64,000 nt of DNA from Eledone cirrhosa (lineage: Eukaryota). The notes beneath the pieces were generated by a model. The model did not search any database and was not told where the DNA came from. It saw only the letters and a list, made by a program, of their open reading frames with translations. The position numbers and the translations under genes were made by a program. This document shows, piece by piece, positions 35,900 to 50,489 of the stretch. Where the stretch lies: contig OZ024744.1 of the NCBI GenBank assembly GCA_964016885.1, positions 41,354,001 to 41,418,000 of the forward strand. Direction: 5' to 3'. Position 1 is the first letter of the stretch. Each line of letters begins with the position of its first letter.

Positions 35900-37720
35900 T
35901 GAACAACTGAGTCATCAAGATTTTGAAAAAACTTTCCAATAGAACGGAATACTTATTTTTCTGGTTTGTCAGAACAGTTGGAACCAGAAAAACTATATCA
36001 AGCAATTGAAAATCAGCAATTGAAAATACAAGAGCAAAATCTCTTGCCTTTGCTAATCATACACATTCTAACTGGATGTCTCAGGAAATCCAAACAGCTA
36101 TTGAAAACAAATTCAAAATCAGAATAGAGATAGGAACAATATCAATGCAGTACCATGTAGCCAAAACAAAATCTAAAAAGCTGGTTAAGAAAGACAGCTT
36201 AAAGCAGATAGAGCAGTGTGTCGACTCTTTTAACACTCTACCACCTCACAAGCATTATTATGCTACCCTGTAAAAGTTGAAAGCAAAACCAGGGAATATA
36301 AGTTGGGTTATAAAAGACTATGATGGCAATTTATTAATCAGCAAAAATGATACCTTAGATCACTAGGCCAAATTTTATGAAGAATTATACTTTGATGACT
36401 CTCTTGGAACTTCTGTTGTTGATGCATTATATGACCCCACTCCACCTATTCTAAAATCCAAAGTGGAATATACAATCAAAAACTTGAAAATCAGTATGAA
36501 TCTAAGATTAGATAACATCTACTGAAAATACTTCAAAGCTGGAGGGAAAACATTAGTGAATGCCTTATTACATTTTTTCAATTGAATACTAATCACTGGC
36601 TCAATACCTGAAGCCTATAAAGAAGTTTATTGTGATTATCTTTAAAAAAATGACTGACTGGATTGTGGTAATTACTGTCCAATCACCTTCCAAAGTCATG
36701 TTTGTAAACTGTTTATTTGCATCATTGCTTCATGTGTTAAGGATGATCTCTTTGTATCTTTTTCTGCATCTCAAATAGCATATCAACCTGATAGAGGTAG
36801 TATTTAACTAATAATTAACTTAGATCAAATTATAGAAAAATCAATCAAATTTAACAACCCAGTGTATGTAGCCTTTATCAATTTCATCAAAGTTTTTGAT
36901 TTTTTAAAACATCTCTGGAAACTGCTAGATAACATGTCTTAACAAGAGATACATAAATCTAAAGCAAAAATATGATAAATCTACAACAGTTATGAAAACA
37001 GGCATAGAGATCAGGCATGTCGACATTTAGAAAGGTGTAAAACAAGGTGACATGCTTTCAGCTTTACTCCTCTGCATTGTCTTAGCATAATTAATTTTGA
37101 AAACAGAAGCAGAATGCAACTCACATTTCTGTATTAGTGACAAGTTACTGTCAAATTTTAACTATGCCAATGACATAGCTGCTGTAAACAGTTCTACTCT
37201 GCAAAAGTACCTTACTGCTCTAGCAAAACATGCAGCAGAAGTTAGGCTATTTATAAGCATTTCCAAAACTAAATTATGTCAAAAGATAAGAATTATCAAC
37301 CTCTACACCTTACAATATATGATAAACCCAAACAACAAGTTTCAGAATTTGTCAATCTAGGCCTTAAACTGTCTAGCATGAAAGATGGTTCTGTTGTGGC
37401 TTATCACAGAATAATTAGCCAGGGCAGCTTTGGAAAAAATAGGGACCATTTAACCTTAAAACAGATATCACTTTATATCAAATGTAAAATCTACAACTCA
37501 TATGTCCTACCTGTTGTCAATTATGGTTTTGAATGTGTGAACTAGACCTAATCAATGATTATTAAAATTGAGACTATTTAAAATTATATTATCAGGTTCA
37601 TGACAAACAACAAACTACTCATAAAAACTGTAGATCTAAACTAGTAACTAAAATGTGCATCATCAAAAGTTAAGTCTCGAAGCTCTTTGGTCATGTGAAA
37701 CGTTCACAAAAATTATGGCT
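35900..37720 (+). mobile_element. Old, heavily mutated LINE RT of a second, probably RTE-like, family
   Basis: Remnants PPILKSKVE, CGNYCPI, VYVAFINF, GVKQGDMLS, NYANDIA, YVLPVVNYGFEC. Confidence 0.7.
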
Positions 37721-37962
37721 ATGAGGCATGAGGCTGATGTATGCATGCACATAATTCATAGTTGGAAATGTGGTGGTACCATCTGATGTTTTTGACGGTC
37801 AAGGGGTTTTCTTGTAGAAGGCACTGATCCTCTTTTCCAGGGTCTTCATGAGGGGCCACTGTTTTTTTTTTCCTTTTTCGCACCCACACACACACACACA
37901 CAAACATATATATATATGTATGTGTGTATGTGTGAGTGTGTTTGTACATATATATATATATA

Positions 37963-38352
37963 GGCACATGGCTTAGTGGTTAGAGCATTGGGCTTGCAAT
38001 AGAAAGGTTGTGAGTTCAATTCTCAGACTGGGTGATGTGTTGTTTCCTTGAGCAAGGCACTTTATTTCACATTGTTCCAGTTTACTCAGCTGTAGAAATG
38101 AGATGATAGGACTGGGGTCCCTATCATTCCACTGCAAAGTGGTCATGGAGGTGCCGCGGTAAAAAAGGACCCAGCACTCACTGTAAATGAGGTTGGTGTT
38201 AGGAAGGGCATCCAGCTGTAGAAATCAAGACAGAATCAGTTCCCGTATGAGCAAGACAAGGTCAGCCGACTGGACACTGCCCACAACAGGACAACACGTC
38301 TAACCCATGCTAGCGTGGAAGAACGGACGTAAAACGGTGATCATGATGATGA
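37963..38352 (+). mobile_element. tRNA-derived SINE family 1, full length, alternative tail
   Basis: Head as at 33095; tail AACCCATGCTAGCGTGGAAG.. then (GAT)n. Confidence 0.88.
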
Positions 38353-38819
38353 TATAAACACATATCAACTTTACTTTCTTTTTCACGTTGACGTTTCTGT
38401 AGTGGCATGGGTTGGACAAAACATTTTACGTCAATGTTTTCAACTGGATGCCATTTCTGACACCAACCTTAATAGAAATTCTATTAAATCTAATGTAATA
38501 GACAACTGATCATCACTTTTCATACCATATGTAGCCATCATATATTACTTTATTTCTTGGCACAAACCCCTCTAACCCATGCTACCATGGAAGATGGGCA
38601 TTAAACGATGATGATAATGATGATGATATGTATGTGGTACTAGCAGTGAAACTCATGCTAGTCCCATCAACTTATTATATATATATATACTCATGCTCAG
38701 AGTCACACATCGCTCTGTCTTTTTCTCTATCTCTTGCTCTCTCTCTCTATCCCTCTCAATATATATATATGTGTGTGTGTATATAAATATATATATTATA
38801 CAACACTTGGTCGATTGCT

Positions 38820-38866
<47 letters not shown>

Positions 38867-39364
38867 TTTCATTTCATTTCATTTTACTTCTGCTTTTTCC
38901 CTGCTTGCAAGGGTGGGACATACACTCACTATTAATATCAGCTGGCAGGAGATAAAATAGATATGATTATATACATAAGTTCATTTTCAGTAATTTAGCT
39001 TCGTTTCTCCTACAATATACTATGATTATGATACTAGTACTAAATTATTCGACAGCCCCCAGCACGAATAGATCTAAACCCTATAAGACAAGAAATCCTA
39101 CTGAAATCATGCCTGGAATATTGCCACCATATTACCTATGATAACACCATTTCAAACATTTCAAAACACAGAAATTTATAATAACAAAGTGTTATGGGAA
39201 TACATCCAAATAGCACAAGGAAATTACAGTAAGTTTATGTGTGTATATGTATGTGTTTGTGAGTGTGTATGTACAAACACATAACCACACACACACATAT
39301 ATATATATATAAACATATATATTATAACGTCATGTTTAATGACGGAAGGAACTTCTATGAGACA

Positions 39365-39366
<2 letters not shown>

Positions 39367-39395
<29 letters not shown>

Positions 39396-39453
39396 AAGAA
39401 GAAGAAGAAGAAGAAGAAGAAGAAGAAGAAGAAGAAGAAGAAGAAGAAGAAGA
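39367..39453. repeat. (GAA)n microsatellite
   Basis: Direct inspection. Confidence 0.97.
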
Positions 39454-39839
39454 ATGTCAAAACAATATACTAAGCTGAAAATGAGTACCAGCAATAACTG
39501 GGGCTTAACTCTGTGATGTACTGGTGTGCTGTCCAATTGCTTACACTGCAGAAACAGGGATAAGCACTGGCCTAATGATCCTACTGGCTTGAGACAGACT
39601 TTCGACTAGACTTAGAATACATGTATATGGCCATACAAGTGTAATCTTTTCTCCTGTACACTACATCTAATTCCATTTATATCCAGCCTCTCTCGCAGTT
39701 TATTTAGGCTTTGCCATCTCATTTTCTACATTTCGAACAAGGCCACTTTCCTGATGAAATCAGGGTCCTGGGTCCTGTTTTCTTCCCTGCTTTACAGAAT
39801 TTTAGTTGTCTGAAAGCCCTTTTGAGTCTTCTGTTTCCA

Positions 39840-42800
39840 ATGCTTTTCCCTGCTTTCAAGGGTGGGACGGGTCTTATTCAGCACAGCATCTCTCCACTCG
39901 TTACGGTCCTTCGTCATCTCCACCGTGAGTTTCAATGATCTGAGGTCTGTTCTCACCACCTCCGGCCATGTTTTTCGTGGTCTACCTCTACCACGTCTTC
40001 CTTCAACTGGCATTTCCTGGCACTTCTTCACCCATCGGTCATCCTCCATGTGCATCACATGTCCATACCACCTCAGTCTCCTCTCCCGTACACTACATTC
40101 TATTCCTCTCAGACACAGTTTCTCTCTCAACACATTTATGCTGGGTTGTTCATGCACATTTACACTGCACATCCAATGGAGCATGCTTGCCTCATTTCTC
40201 TCCAGCCATCGCATATCCTCTGCAGTTGCTGCCCATGTCTCACTACCATGCAGCATCGCGCTCCTCACACAGGCATCATATAACCGGCCTTTCGTACGCA
40301 GGGAGAAACCATTCTTCGTCAACAGAGAAAGCAGCTCCCTAAACTTCTTCCAACCCCTCCTTGTTCTAGATACTATGGCCTCGGAACACCCTCCTCCCAT
40401 GCTAATCTGATCTCCTAGGTACCGGAAGCTATCCATCACTTCTATAGCTCCCTCCTGCATTTGAAAAATGTGTCTATCAATGCGACTTCTACTGTCTAAT
40501 TTCCCTGTACATCTACTACATACATATTTCTCCCTACCTGTTAGTTTGCCTGCTATCCGCTACATCTCTTGTGTACCCAGGATGTGTGCATTTTATAGAA
40601 TTTATGCCAGTTCTTTTTCTGCATATCGAACATGGCCATTTCCCTGACGGAATCAGAGTTTTGTCCTCTTTTCTACTCATCAACACTTTTGTCTTAGGTA
40701 GGTTCACTCTCAGTCTTCTTTCTTCCAAAATTTATTCTCTAGCTCCTCTACTGATTCTGCTATAAGAAGCAGATAGTCAGCATAGAGAAGTTCTCATGGA
40801 CAGCCAGTCTTAAACTCCTCTGTTATGGCTTGGAGGACTATAATGAACAAGAGCGGGCTGAGGACTGAACCCTGATGTATTCCTACTTGTATCTGGAATT
40901 CCTCACTAAACTCCATTCCTACCCTAACTTTACTGAGAGTACCTCTGTACATAGTTTGCCATTCCTCAACACCTAGCTTCCTTAGGGACCACCAGATGAC
41001 AGATTGGGGTACCCTATCAAAGGCCTTCTCTGGGTCAACAAAAGCTAAGTATAGTGACTTATTTTTCTCTAAGAACCTCCCTTGCAATTGTCTCACCAAG
41101 TAGAAGGAATCTGTTGTGCTCTTCCCAGGCACAAAACCAAACTGCATCTCATCTAGTTTGACCCTTTCTCTAATTAGTTGTGCTAATATGTTTTCTGCCA
41201 CTTTCATAACCTGATCTCTCAGTTTTATACCCCTATAATTGATCCTCTCCAGAGCATCCCCTTTACCTTTGTAGCAATTTATGAGAATACTGATGCCCCA
41301 GTCTTTGGGTATGACACCACCATATATAGCCTGATTGATGATGCGTGCAACCCGTTCAGTGCCTATGTCCCCTGATGCCTTCAGCATCTCAGCAACTATG
41401 CCCGATGGTCCAGCAGCCTTACTATTTTTCATTTCCCTAATCTCCTTTTGGACCCTATATTCGTCAATCTCAATAGCTGGTCCCTCTGTCGGATCTACTA
41501 AGGGTAATTTCTCTCTCTCCCATTTGTTCTCCACATTCATCAGTCTCTCATAATGACATTTCCAGGCCTCCTTTTTCTGATCATTCGTGACACTAAGTAC
41601 ACCGGCATCATCCCAGACACATTTATCTCCAACAACATCCTGATTTGCATTGACACACTGCTTTGCAATGTGGAACACCGCACGCCTCTGATCTTCCCGT
41701 CGCAGAACATTGGCAAACCTCCTACTCTCTGCCTCCCTGCGTGCTAAGTACACCTGACGTCTAGCTTCTCTCTTAGTGGCTGTATATTCTTCCCTACTCC
41801 CACCCTTTTTCCAAGCCTTCCATGCTAGTCTTTTGTCTCTAATAGCCTTATCTACTGTGCTGTTCCACCACCAGGTCACTCTCTGTCTGGTTGGATCTCT
41901 GCTCCAGCCACAAGTATCATCAGTAGCCTGCAGCAACTTGTCACATAAGAAATTCCAGTTATTATCTATATCATACGTCTCTAAATCATCTTCTTTTTCG
42001 TCATATACATCTTGAAGGGCTTTCCTAAATTTGTATTATAGTGAAAGGTCTTTTAGCTTCCAGACCTTTCTTCTCCACACCTTCCTATATGTCTCATTCC
42101 ATCTCTTGCTTACTGAGATATCACTAACAACTAACCTATGCTGTGGGGTACATTCTTCCCCAGGCTATGCCTTGGTATTAGACACTATCTGCCTCTCCCG
42201 CTGCCTAACTAGTAAGAAGTCAATCTGGCTTATGTGCTCACCAGGTTTGTAGGTTATTAGGTGATTGGCAGGTTTCTGGAAGTTTGTGTTGCAAATAGTC
42301 AATGTACCTGCATCACAAAATTCAAGAAGTCTCACTCCTTCTTCATTTCTTGAGCCGTAACCGTGCCCACCATGTACCCCAGTGTAACCATCCTGGAGCT
42401 GTCCAACATGACCATTGAAGTCTCCTGCTAGCATAACGATGTCTCCATCCTCTGTCATTGCGGTTGTTTGTAAAAGTTGTTTGTAAAAGCAGTCTTTCTC
42501 ATCTTTGCCTAGGCCTGCTTGGGGAGCATAGGCCGAGATGATTGTCAGTAGTCTCCTACCTACAACTAATCTAAGCTTAATTATTCGATTACTAACTCGA
42601 ACTACCTCTATTGTCTTATTGATCCATTTCTCAGCCAGGAAAATGCCTACTCCCCCTAACCCATCATCCTTACCTACCCAGAATAGCTTATAGCTAAAAC
42701 GTTTGCCTACGACTAGTCTCGCAGAGGCACCTCTCCATCTCACCTCTTGCACGCAGCACACATCCACCTGCCTTCTCTCCAGCATCTCCACTATTTCAGC

Positions 42801-43010
42801 AGATCTACCTCTGAGAGTGCCAACATTAAGTGTTGCAACTCTGAGATGCGACGTCTTCATATGTTATTGTTGTTCTTATTTGTTGCTGTGCTGATAAGCG
42901 TTTTGGCATTGATACACTGGTTGGATGCCCTTCCTAACACCAGCGCCACTTTACAGCATGGACTGGGTGTATTTATTTGTGCCACCAGCACTAGAGAGGA
43001 TGTCTTACTA
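39840..43010 (-). mobile_element. Near full-length RTE LINE: 5'UTR, APE endonuclease, RT, PHD-like insert, C-terminus; several stops and frameshifts
   Basis: ATG at 42860: TLNVGTL..CVQEVRW..SAYAPQ..AGDFNGHVG..QIDFLL; RT 40794-41936; C-terminus 39840-40460. Confidence 0.95.
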
Positions 43011-44483
43011 GACTCAAGGGCCCTCTCTACCCCTCCATTTTACAGTATGGTCATTAAAAAAAAAAAAAAAAAAAAACTTATTGACACGACTCATATATAT
43101 ATATATAAATATAAATGTATGTATATATATTCCTTGCATATACTGTACCGATTGAATTATTATTTCTGTTTACTTTTTACATATATATATATATATGCAT
43201 ACACCTACACACAAACATGCACACACATACACACACAGGCACACACACACACACACACGCACACGCACACACACACACATATATAACCATTGCTAACGGT
43301 GTGAAATGGACATTAAATGATGATGATGACAACTATAATGTATGGCTTTGAAGTTTCATTGAATTTTTGTCAGAGACATAAGTCTATCTTTGCATTCTTT
43401 CATGTTGAGTTTCATTGAAGTTATCAATCAAAGAATTTAGTTTGCCATCATTTTCTGGCACAACACCTTTTTTTAGAGTATCTATCTATCTATCAATCTA
43501 GTGGGTAATTTCTGGCCTTGTGTCAATAGTAGAAACAATTATTATTATTATTATAAAAAAAATAAAAAAAATAAAGAAATCATTATTATCTTATTATAGT
43601 TATTATTATTATTGTTGTGTTTTATCTTAAGTGTTTTTTTTGCATGTAAAATCATCAGAGCATTTGAATTAATTGTACAAGACATGCTCTCAATTCTCTT
43701 TGCTTGTAAACTTCTCTATATATCATGTGGAATTTATTTCTAAATAATCTTCTGACAAGGTAACTAACTAATTTACATTCAATATTTTATTTTTGTTTTA
43801 GTTGCTTCACTTCCTAACTATCTATCATCTATACTCACAAATATATGTTCTTGCACATACACTCACACTAACACACATACATACATACATACATACATTG
43901 TAAGCATGAGGTTGTAAGTTTGATTCTCAGACTGAGTGATGCATTGTGTCCCTCAGCAAGACACTTTTTTTCATATTACTCCAGTTTACTCAGCTGGACA
44001 ACATTGGTGGCATGGAGAGGAGAGACTGGTATGCATGGGCGACTGCTGGTCTTTCATAAACAATCTTGTTTAGATTTGTGCCTTTGTGGGAGAACTTTCT
44101 AGGTACAAGTCCCAAGGGATTTTTACCCTTCATCATCATCATCACCATTTTACGTCCATTCTTTCATGCTAGCATGGGTTATATATAACAAAGTGTTGTA
44201 GTTTTCTTGAAGCATTGTGGAATAAGAAATGCAAATTTAAATAAGTTTAGATATTTGGAAGCCCTACAATGAGTGCAAGATTAAAAGTGCCAAGGTAATA
44301 GGAGTTATAGAGAATAAAAGACAGAGGAAAGAGTGAGGATGATAGAATTTTACCTTAGCAAATTTATTTATCTCAAATATTTTTGGGTCTAAAAGCCCAT
44401 TCTTAAGAGAGGATCTGTGTATAGGTATTTAAAGAGCCATCGGAGAAAAGTTATTATTTGGGTGGCAGATTCAATTTAAATGT

Positions 44484-45190
44484 ATGAAAGAGCATATTCA
44501 ACACATAATGTGGGAGCTTAAGAATAATAAAAACGCTACAAAATCAGCTAAGAAAATGTGTAGTGCTTATGGCCAATGTGTCATTACTGACTGCCAAGTC
44601 TGAAACTGGTTTTCAAATTTTCATTCTGGGGATACGTTATTGAGAGGGAACCCAGATCATGACACTCATCAGACCTTGATCAAGTTGCTTTAAGAGAATT
44701 GTTGGAATGCAATCTGAGCAATAGTACTCAAGAATTAGCACTTGAACTCAACACATCCCAATCCACAATCTGCCGCCATATAGGAAAGATGGGAAAAGTG
44801 AACAAACTGGCCGTTTGGGTTCCTCATATTATTAGTAAGAAGAATAAGGAAGAACACATATTCATAGTGACAAGTCTTCCTTCAAAGCAGAGAAATAACT
44901 CAAGAATATTATTGTAGGTGATGAAAAATGGGTCTTTTATGACAATATTCAATACAAAAGGCAGTGGATTGACAGAGCTTCATGGAAGAAAGTTATGACA
45001 TTTATATAGTGGGATCACCGTGGTATTATTCATTTTGAGTTTTTAAACCACAATCAGACACTCAATACAGATTTATACTCTCAACAGCTGATATGTGTGC
45101 ATGAAAATGTTCTAAGAAAATACCCTGCAATCGTCAACCAGAGAAATGTGGTGCTTATGCATGATAACACAAAGCCACATTCAATAAGAA
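44484..45190 (+). mobile_element. Decayed mariner transposase
   Basis: HTH region, WVPH, GDEKWVFYDN, WDHRGIIHFEFL, HDNTKPH; stops and frameshifts. Confidence 0.88.
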
Positions 45191-45658
45191 TTATAAGGAT
45201 TCTAGTCAACACCATATGGTTGTCTTTCAAGAGATAGTAACTATGAGGATATTAGATCCATTCCTTCCATAAAACAGTAAAGTAAACATAGGTTAAGGGA
45301 GATATTAGAGATATTAGTGTGATATTTCTAGTATGTTGTTTTCCATAGATCAAACATCAGATCAAATCAAGGAAACTCTTGCTCCATTGCTCTTTCTATT
45401 GCTGATGTGTCTGCTAGTCAAGTTCTGGTAGAAAAAGCTGGAGTTTGAACTCATAGAGCCAGAGCAGATACTGCAAAGCATTCAATATATCTCTTCAAGG
45501 ATTCTGCCAATCCCCCTCCCTTGGACTGATACTTAATTTATCAACCTCAATGGAATTTGAACTCAGAGCTCAAGTAACTGAAATAAATACCGAGGCTTTT
45601 ATTCAACGTATCAATAACTCTACCAATTTCCCACCTTGCATATTGATCAACCACAAAC

Positions 45659-45788
45659 AAGTTTCCAAGTTTCCTCCTGCACTGGAATGATACCATTTTT
45701 ATCTAAGTTTTCATTGCAATAGCTTACATGAAAGGAAATGGATTTCAATGTATTACCATCTTTTTCTTTTGATTTCAAGACAATGTAA
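45659..45788 (-). CDS. Candidate host exon (donor either after 45728 or after 45659)
   Basis: Strong acceptor ttctccaccttcAG; open frame YIVLKSKEKDGNTLKSISFH(VSYCNENLDKNGIIPVQEETWKL); phase-compatible with 48689-48761. Confidence 0.4.
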
Positions 45789-46079
45789 CTGAAGGTGGAG
45801 AAATACTTTTGTTGAAGTCAGATATTATTAAAAGGATATTTCTAATTGTCTCAAAGTAAAGAAAATATCTAAGACAACAAAGCTGTGAATGACAAGAGTT
45901 TCTACTGTGTTTCCTATGGGAAGCCGTTTTGTAGAATTTACTATCAGAACACTATTGTAGTTATTATGCAAAGATGTTAACAAAATTGTTCATAGCAATA
46001 TCAACGGTCGCTCTCTAGATTTGTTCTAATCTCATATTATGTATGTCAGTATGTATGTATTATGACCACATCAGTGATG

Positions 46080-46775
46080 TCAAGATTTTGGAAAGCTCTA
46101 TGTGTGACAGTATAGAAGCTCTTGTGCTTAAGCAACGACTCCGTTGGAGTGGTCACCTTGTCAATGAAGGATTCTAGAATACCAAACCAACTCTTTTATG
46201 GAGAGTTGGTTAAAGGAAAACGACCGCCACATAAACCAAAAAAGAGGTATAAGGATTCCTTGAAAGCCTCTTTGAAAGACGCTAACATTTCTGCTGATAC
46301 ATGGGAAAATATTGCTGCTGATCGTAATAAATGGAGAAAGACTGTATACGAGGGAAAAGTTGCCTTTGAGGCATCTCGAATCACATACAAGAAAGTAAAG
46401 TGGGATGTGAGGAAGGGCATTGCTGTTGCACTTCCAGACAGAGAGGCTCCTCCTATGGTGCTGATATGCAGCGTCTGTGCGAGACTCTGCCTAAGCAAAG
46501 CTGGACTCGAAAGTCATCTTCGCAGTCATAAAGTAAGACCAGTGGTTGACTACCAGGCTGCTGTTGGAGATGCTACTCATCATGCTTGCCAAACATGTGG
46601 TAGATAATGTAAATCAGCAGGAGGGCTCAAGCGACATCCAAAAGTACATGAACTCCAACCACGGCCGGCTATTCACAGTGAATGTTTTGGTTGCCGACTC
46701 TGTGCAAGACATTTTAGAACATTGGCTGGGCTAAAAAGCGACATTCGATCGCAGCGCTGTTAGTTGCTATCGTGT
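46080..46775 (+). mobile_element. RTE-type LINE 3' end with three C2H2 zinc fingers
   Basis: RIPNQLFYGEL..GKRP..PKKRYKD; CSVCARLCLSKAGLESHLRSH; CQTCGR..GLKRH; CRLCARHFRTLAGLKS. Confidence 0.82.
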
Positions 46776-47116
46776 GTGTGTGTGTATAGGTATGTTTGTG
46801 TGTGTGCGTGTGTGTGTATATATATATGTATATGTATATTATTATTGTTGTAGTTGTCGTTAACAAAATTGTTCATGCAATTTATAACTATAAACGTTTT
46901 GGTATAAAATGCATTATAGATTCTATGTTTTAGACAATGACTATTCCAGTTGTTCAATCTTCTAGCATACCAACTATAGTTTAAATGACTAGCTATTCCT
47001 CAGACATGTATCCTTAACATGATTCTTAAAGAGAACAAGCATGACACAAGGCTGGAATTTGGGATAACAGATACAATCCATCATATTATAGTTTAAATAG
47101 TTGAGTATTTCACAGA

Positions 47117-47632
47117 CATGTGTACTACACATATACACTTCACATGTACCCTTCACATGTACATTTCACATGTACATTTCATATGTACACGTCACATGTA
47201 CACTTCGCATGTTCACTTGACATATACACTTCACATGTACACTTCACACATACATTTCACATGTACATTATATATGTACACTTCACATGTTGGTACCACA
47301 ACATCCAGTCCTAAATAAATGAGGTTGTGTAGGTGCCACGACAAAAAAAAAACACACAGTCCACGCTGTAATGTGGCCGTGTAGGTAACACAGTAAAAAG
47401 CTCCCAGTCCACACTGTAAACGTGGTTGGTGTTAGGAAGGGCATCCAGCCATAGAAAACCTGCCAGACAGTCCTATATGAGCAAGACAACCAATCTTGCC
47501 TCAAGTGGGACAATTCCCGTCTAAACCCATGCTAACATGGAAGATAGACGTTAAATGATGATGATGATGATGACTTCACATGTACACTTCACATATACAC
47601 TTCACATGTACACTTCACATGTACACTTCATA
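47117..47632. repeat. 13-bp minisatellite (CACTTCACATGTA) interrupted by an RTE-tailed SINE body (47291-47572)
   Basis: Direct inspection. Confidence 0.85.
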
Positions 47633-47840
47633 TGATTCTTGTGTAGATTCAGCAGGACACATTACATGATGAGTTTAACCTTTGAATTACAGATACAGTT
47701 CATCCAATGAGCTTCTTTCTGTTTACCCAATTTTACTATACCTCTGTCTTCAAGTTTTCTTTTTTTCATGTGTATATCTAAAACTCTAAATTTTGTCTCA
47801 AACCAGGAGTCTCATTAGGCCGGTACGTATCCTGGTTTAA

Positions 47841-48055
47841 CCCTTTACCATTTACATTACTCTATATATACTGTTATATTTTCACAGTAAAGGCTTTACC
47901 TCACATTGGTATTTCACATAATTTTGAATCTATGAGATTTTGATATTATTCATTTTGAGAAAAATACCTTAACATCAGTATGAGTGACTAGACAGTTTGA
48001 ACAGAAAGAAGTGAGAGAATTCTAGCTGGATATGACAGGTTTAAATACTAAAGGG
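47841..48055. mobile_element. piggyBac-like MITE
   Basis: TTAA|CCCTTTACCATTTA ... TAAATACTAAAGGG|TTAA. Confidence 0.65.
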
Positions 48056-48688
48056 TTAAGTAACTGAGAGTACAAGACTCCCCTGGACAGGACAACAGTC
48101 ACCACAGGGTTAATCCCCCACCTATTGCTGCTGGTACTCATTTTCAGCTGAGCATTCAGAAATCAAGTGTTTTGCTCAAGAACACAACACACAACCCAAT
48201 CCAGGAATCAAACCCACAACATTAGGATTGCAAGTTAAACAACCTTATCGCTAAGCCACATGCCTCCACAATGCAATTAATAGGCATATGTGCTTATATG
48301 TAACTTAGATATATTAATCTTTATATGAATGTAGGTATACATATGTATGTTTGTGTGTGTAGGTATATATGTGTGTGTGTCTGCGTGAGTGTGTGTGCAT
48401 GTGTGTGTGTGCCCATAAGTACATGTGTGGGTGTAAGTGTGTGTATGCTTGCTACCATAAAAGGAAAATTTCTATAATTCTCTGAATAACCTTTAGCCAA
48501 AGTAGCAGAACCAGCAACAGTAGTAATAGAAGTAGGCAATATTCAGGTACATCAAGATGAGAATAAAATGAAGCTTAAAAGACCTTTAAATTGCGACAAT
48601 ATTACAATATTCTTAGTAGATAGTTGGTGGTTTAGAAAAAAGTGGAAAAATAAATTATATAGCCTAGTGTTTCAGACATTCCTGGTAC

Positions 48689-48761
48689 CAATTTGTGTCT
48701 GTGTTCACTGTGATAATTTTCTCAGCTATATTTTCTTCCACGTCAAACACTATGATCTTAG
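48689..48761 (-). CDS. Candidate 73-nt host exon
   Basis: aattttcaAG|CT AAG ATC.. KIIVFDVEENIAEKIITVNTDTN TG|GT. Confidence 0.4.
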
Positions 48762-49281
48762 CTTGAAAATTATAATGCAGCAACAAAGATTAATTGGTAT
48801 GGAGTGAAATGCCAGAATGCTAGTATTAGCACAATGGTAAATGTGAAGAAGTTGAGGAAAATATGAAACCATTATGTATGCATCACTAAATTGATTATGA
48901 AAGAATTTTACACCTGGTTTAGTTTCAATAGCTTGAATGTCATTGTATATCTTTAACACACACACACAAATTTACAAGTTGTTTTGTGCAGGGAATAATA
49001 CATAGTATACATGGTAGATATTTACCAAACTCACATTCTCTCTCTCACTCTTTATATATATATGTAAAGTGGTTGTGTAGGAGACACGGTAAAAAGGTTC
49101 CCAGTCCACACTGTAAAGTGGTTGTGTAGGAGACATAGTAAAAAGACTTCACAACCATGTAGCTTCAAGTTCATTCCCACTATATGGCAACTTGGGAAAA
49201 TGTATCTTGCTATTTACCATGAGCTGACTAATGCCTTCAGAGTAAAATTTGGTACATGGAAACTGCAGAATATATATATAG

Positions 49282-49326
<45 letters not shown>

Positions 49327-49489
49327 ATATATATATATATATATATATAGCTTATATATATATATATATATTGTTATACTTTGGGAGGGTCATGCTGCCA
49401 ATAAAAACATGTGCACCTGTTGATTTCACTTCAATTTATTATAATTTTCTGGTTGGTTGGTTTGATAACCAGATGGTTGTTTGTATATT

Positions 49490-49532
49490 GTCAAAGCTCT
49501 TTTGTCACACATTCTGTGACCTCCTCAGTGAC
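49490..49532 (-). ncRNA. Minimal type I hammerhead motif with G12-to-A lesion
   Basis: GTCA-CTGAGGA-g-GTCACA gaatg TGTGAC-AAAA-GAGCTT-TGAC; lies between (TA)n tracts. Confidence 0.6.
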
Positions 49533-49584
49533 TGGGTTTTTATTTTGTGTCTCTCCTTTGTTCTGTCCTTCACCATCTTGCTTT

Positions 49585-49659
<75 letters not shown>

Positions 49660-50489
49660 ATATATATATACATATGTATATATATATATATATATATACA
49701 TATGTATATATATATATATACATATGTATATATATATGTATGTGTGATGATGATGATATACATATATACATACATATATATATATAATTAGTTCAGATTA
49801 AAGGTTTAAGCGAACTGTTTCTGCTTTCACCCTTATACAGAATCTTTTGAAACTAAGATTTATCAATTTGCCGGCACAGATATAAATATTTCCAAAAGAT
49901 TATGAGCAAATAGTGCCTTTAAAAAGAAGAAAGACATAAAAGCAATGTGTAAAAATTGAGCACTTGAGTTACAGCGAATTGTAAGCAAAAGGAATAGAAG
50001 AGATCCAATTACATGATTTAGTGAAGCAATAAGAACTAATTCTTGCTATGAAAATGTCAACAGAAGTAAGGTTATTAAATCTAAAGGGACATATGGTATA
50101 ATGATAATAATTGTTTCTACTTTTGGCACAAGGCCAGCAATTAACCAGTACATTACTGGTACTTTATTTTATCGACCCCGTAAGGATGAAAGGCAAAGTT
50201 GACCTCAGCGGGATTTGAACTTAAAATGGAGTTATATATATAATGTTATAAATAATAATGTTATAAATAATAATGATAATAATTGTTTCTACGTTAGGCA
50301 CAAAGCCAGCAATTACCCAGTGCATTACTGGTACTTTATTTTATCGACCCCGTAAGGATGAAAGGCAAAGTTAACCTTGGCAAGATTTGAACTCAGAATG
50401 GCAAGGGGCATAACTCTATGCGTCAAAGCATGGCGTCCGACCCTCTACCGATACTGACAATCCACAATAATGGCAGCTTAAAATACAAA

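Noticed and set aside
44371-44410. Minus-strand hammerhead-like CTTAAGA..GGG..CCC-AAAA
   Set aside because: Two core mismatches and no valid cleavage triplet; too degenerate.
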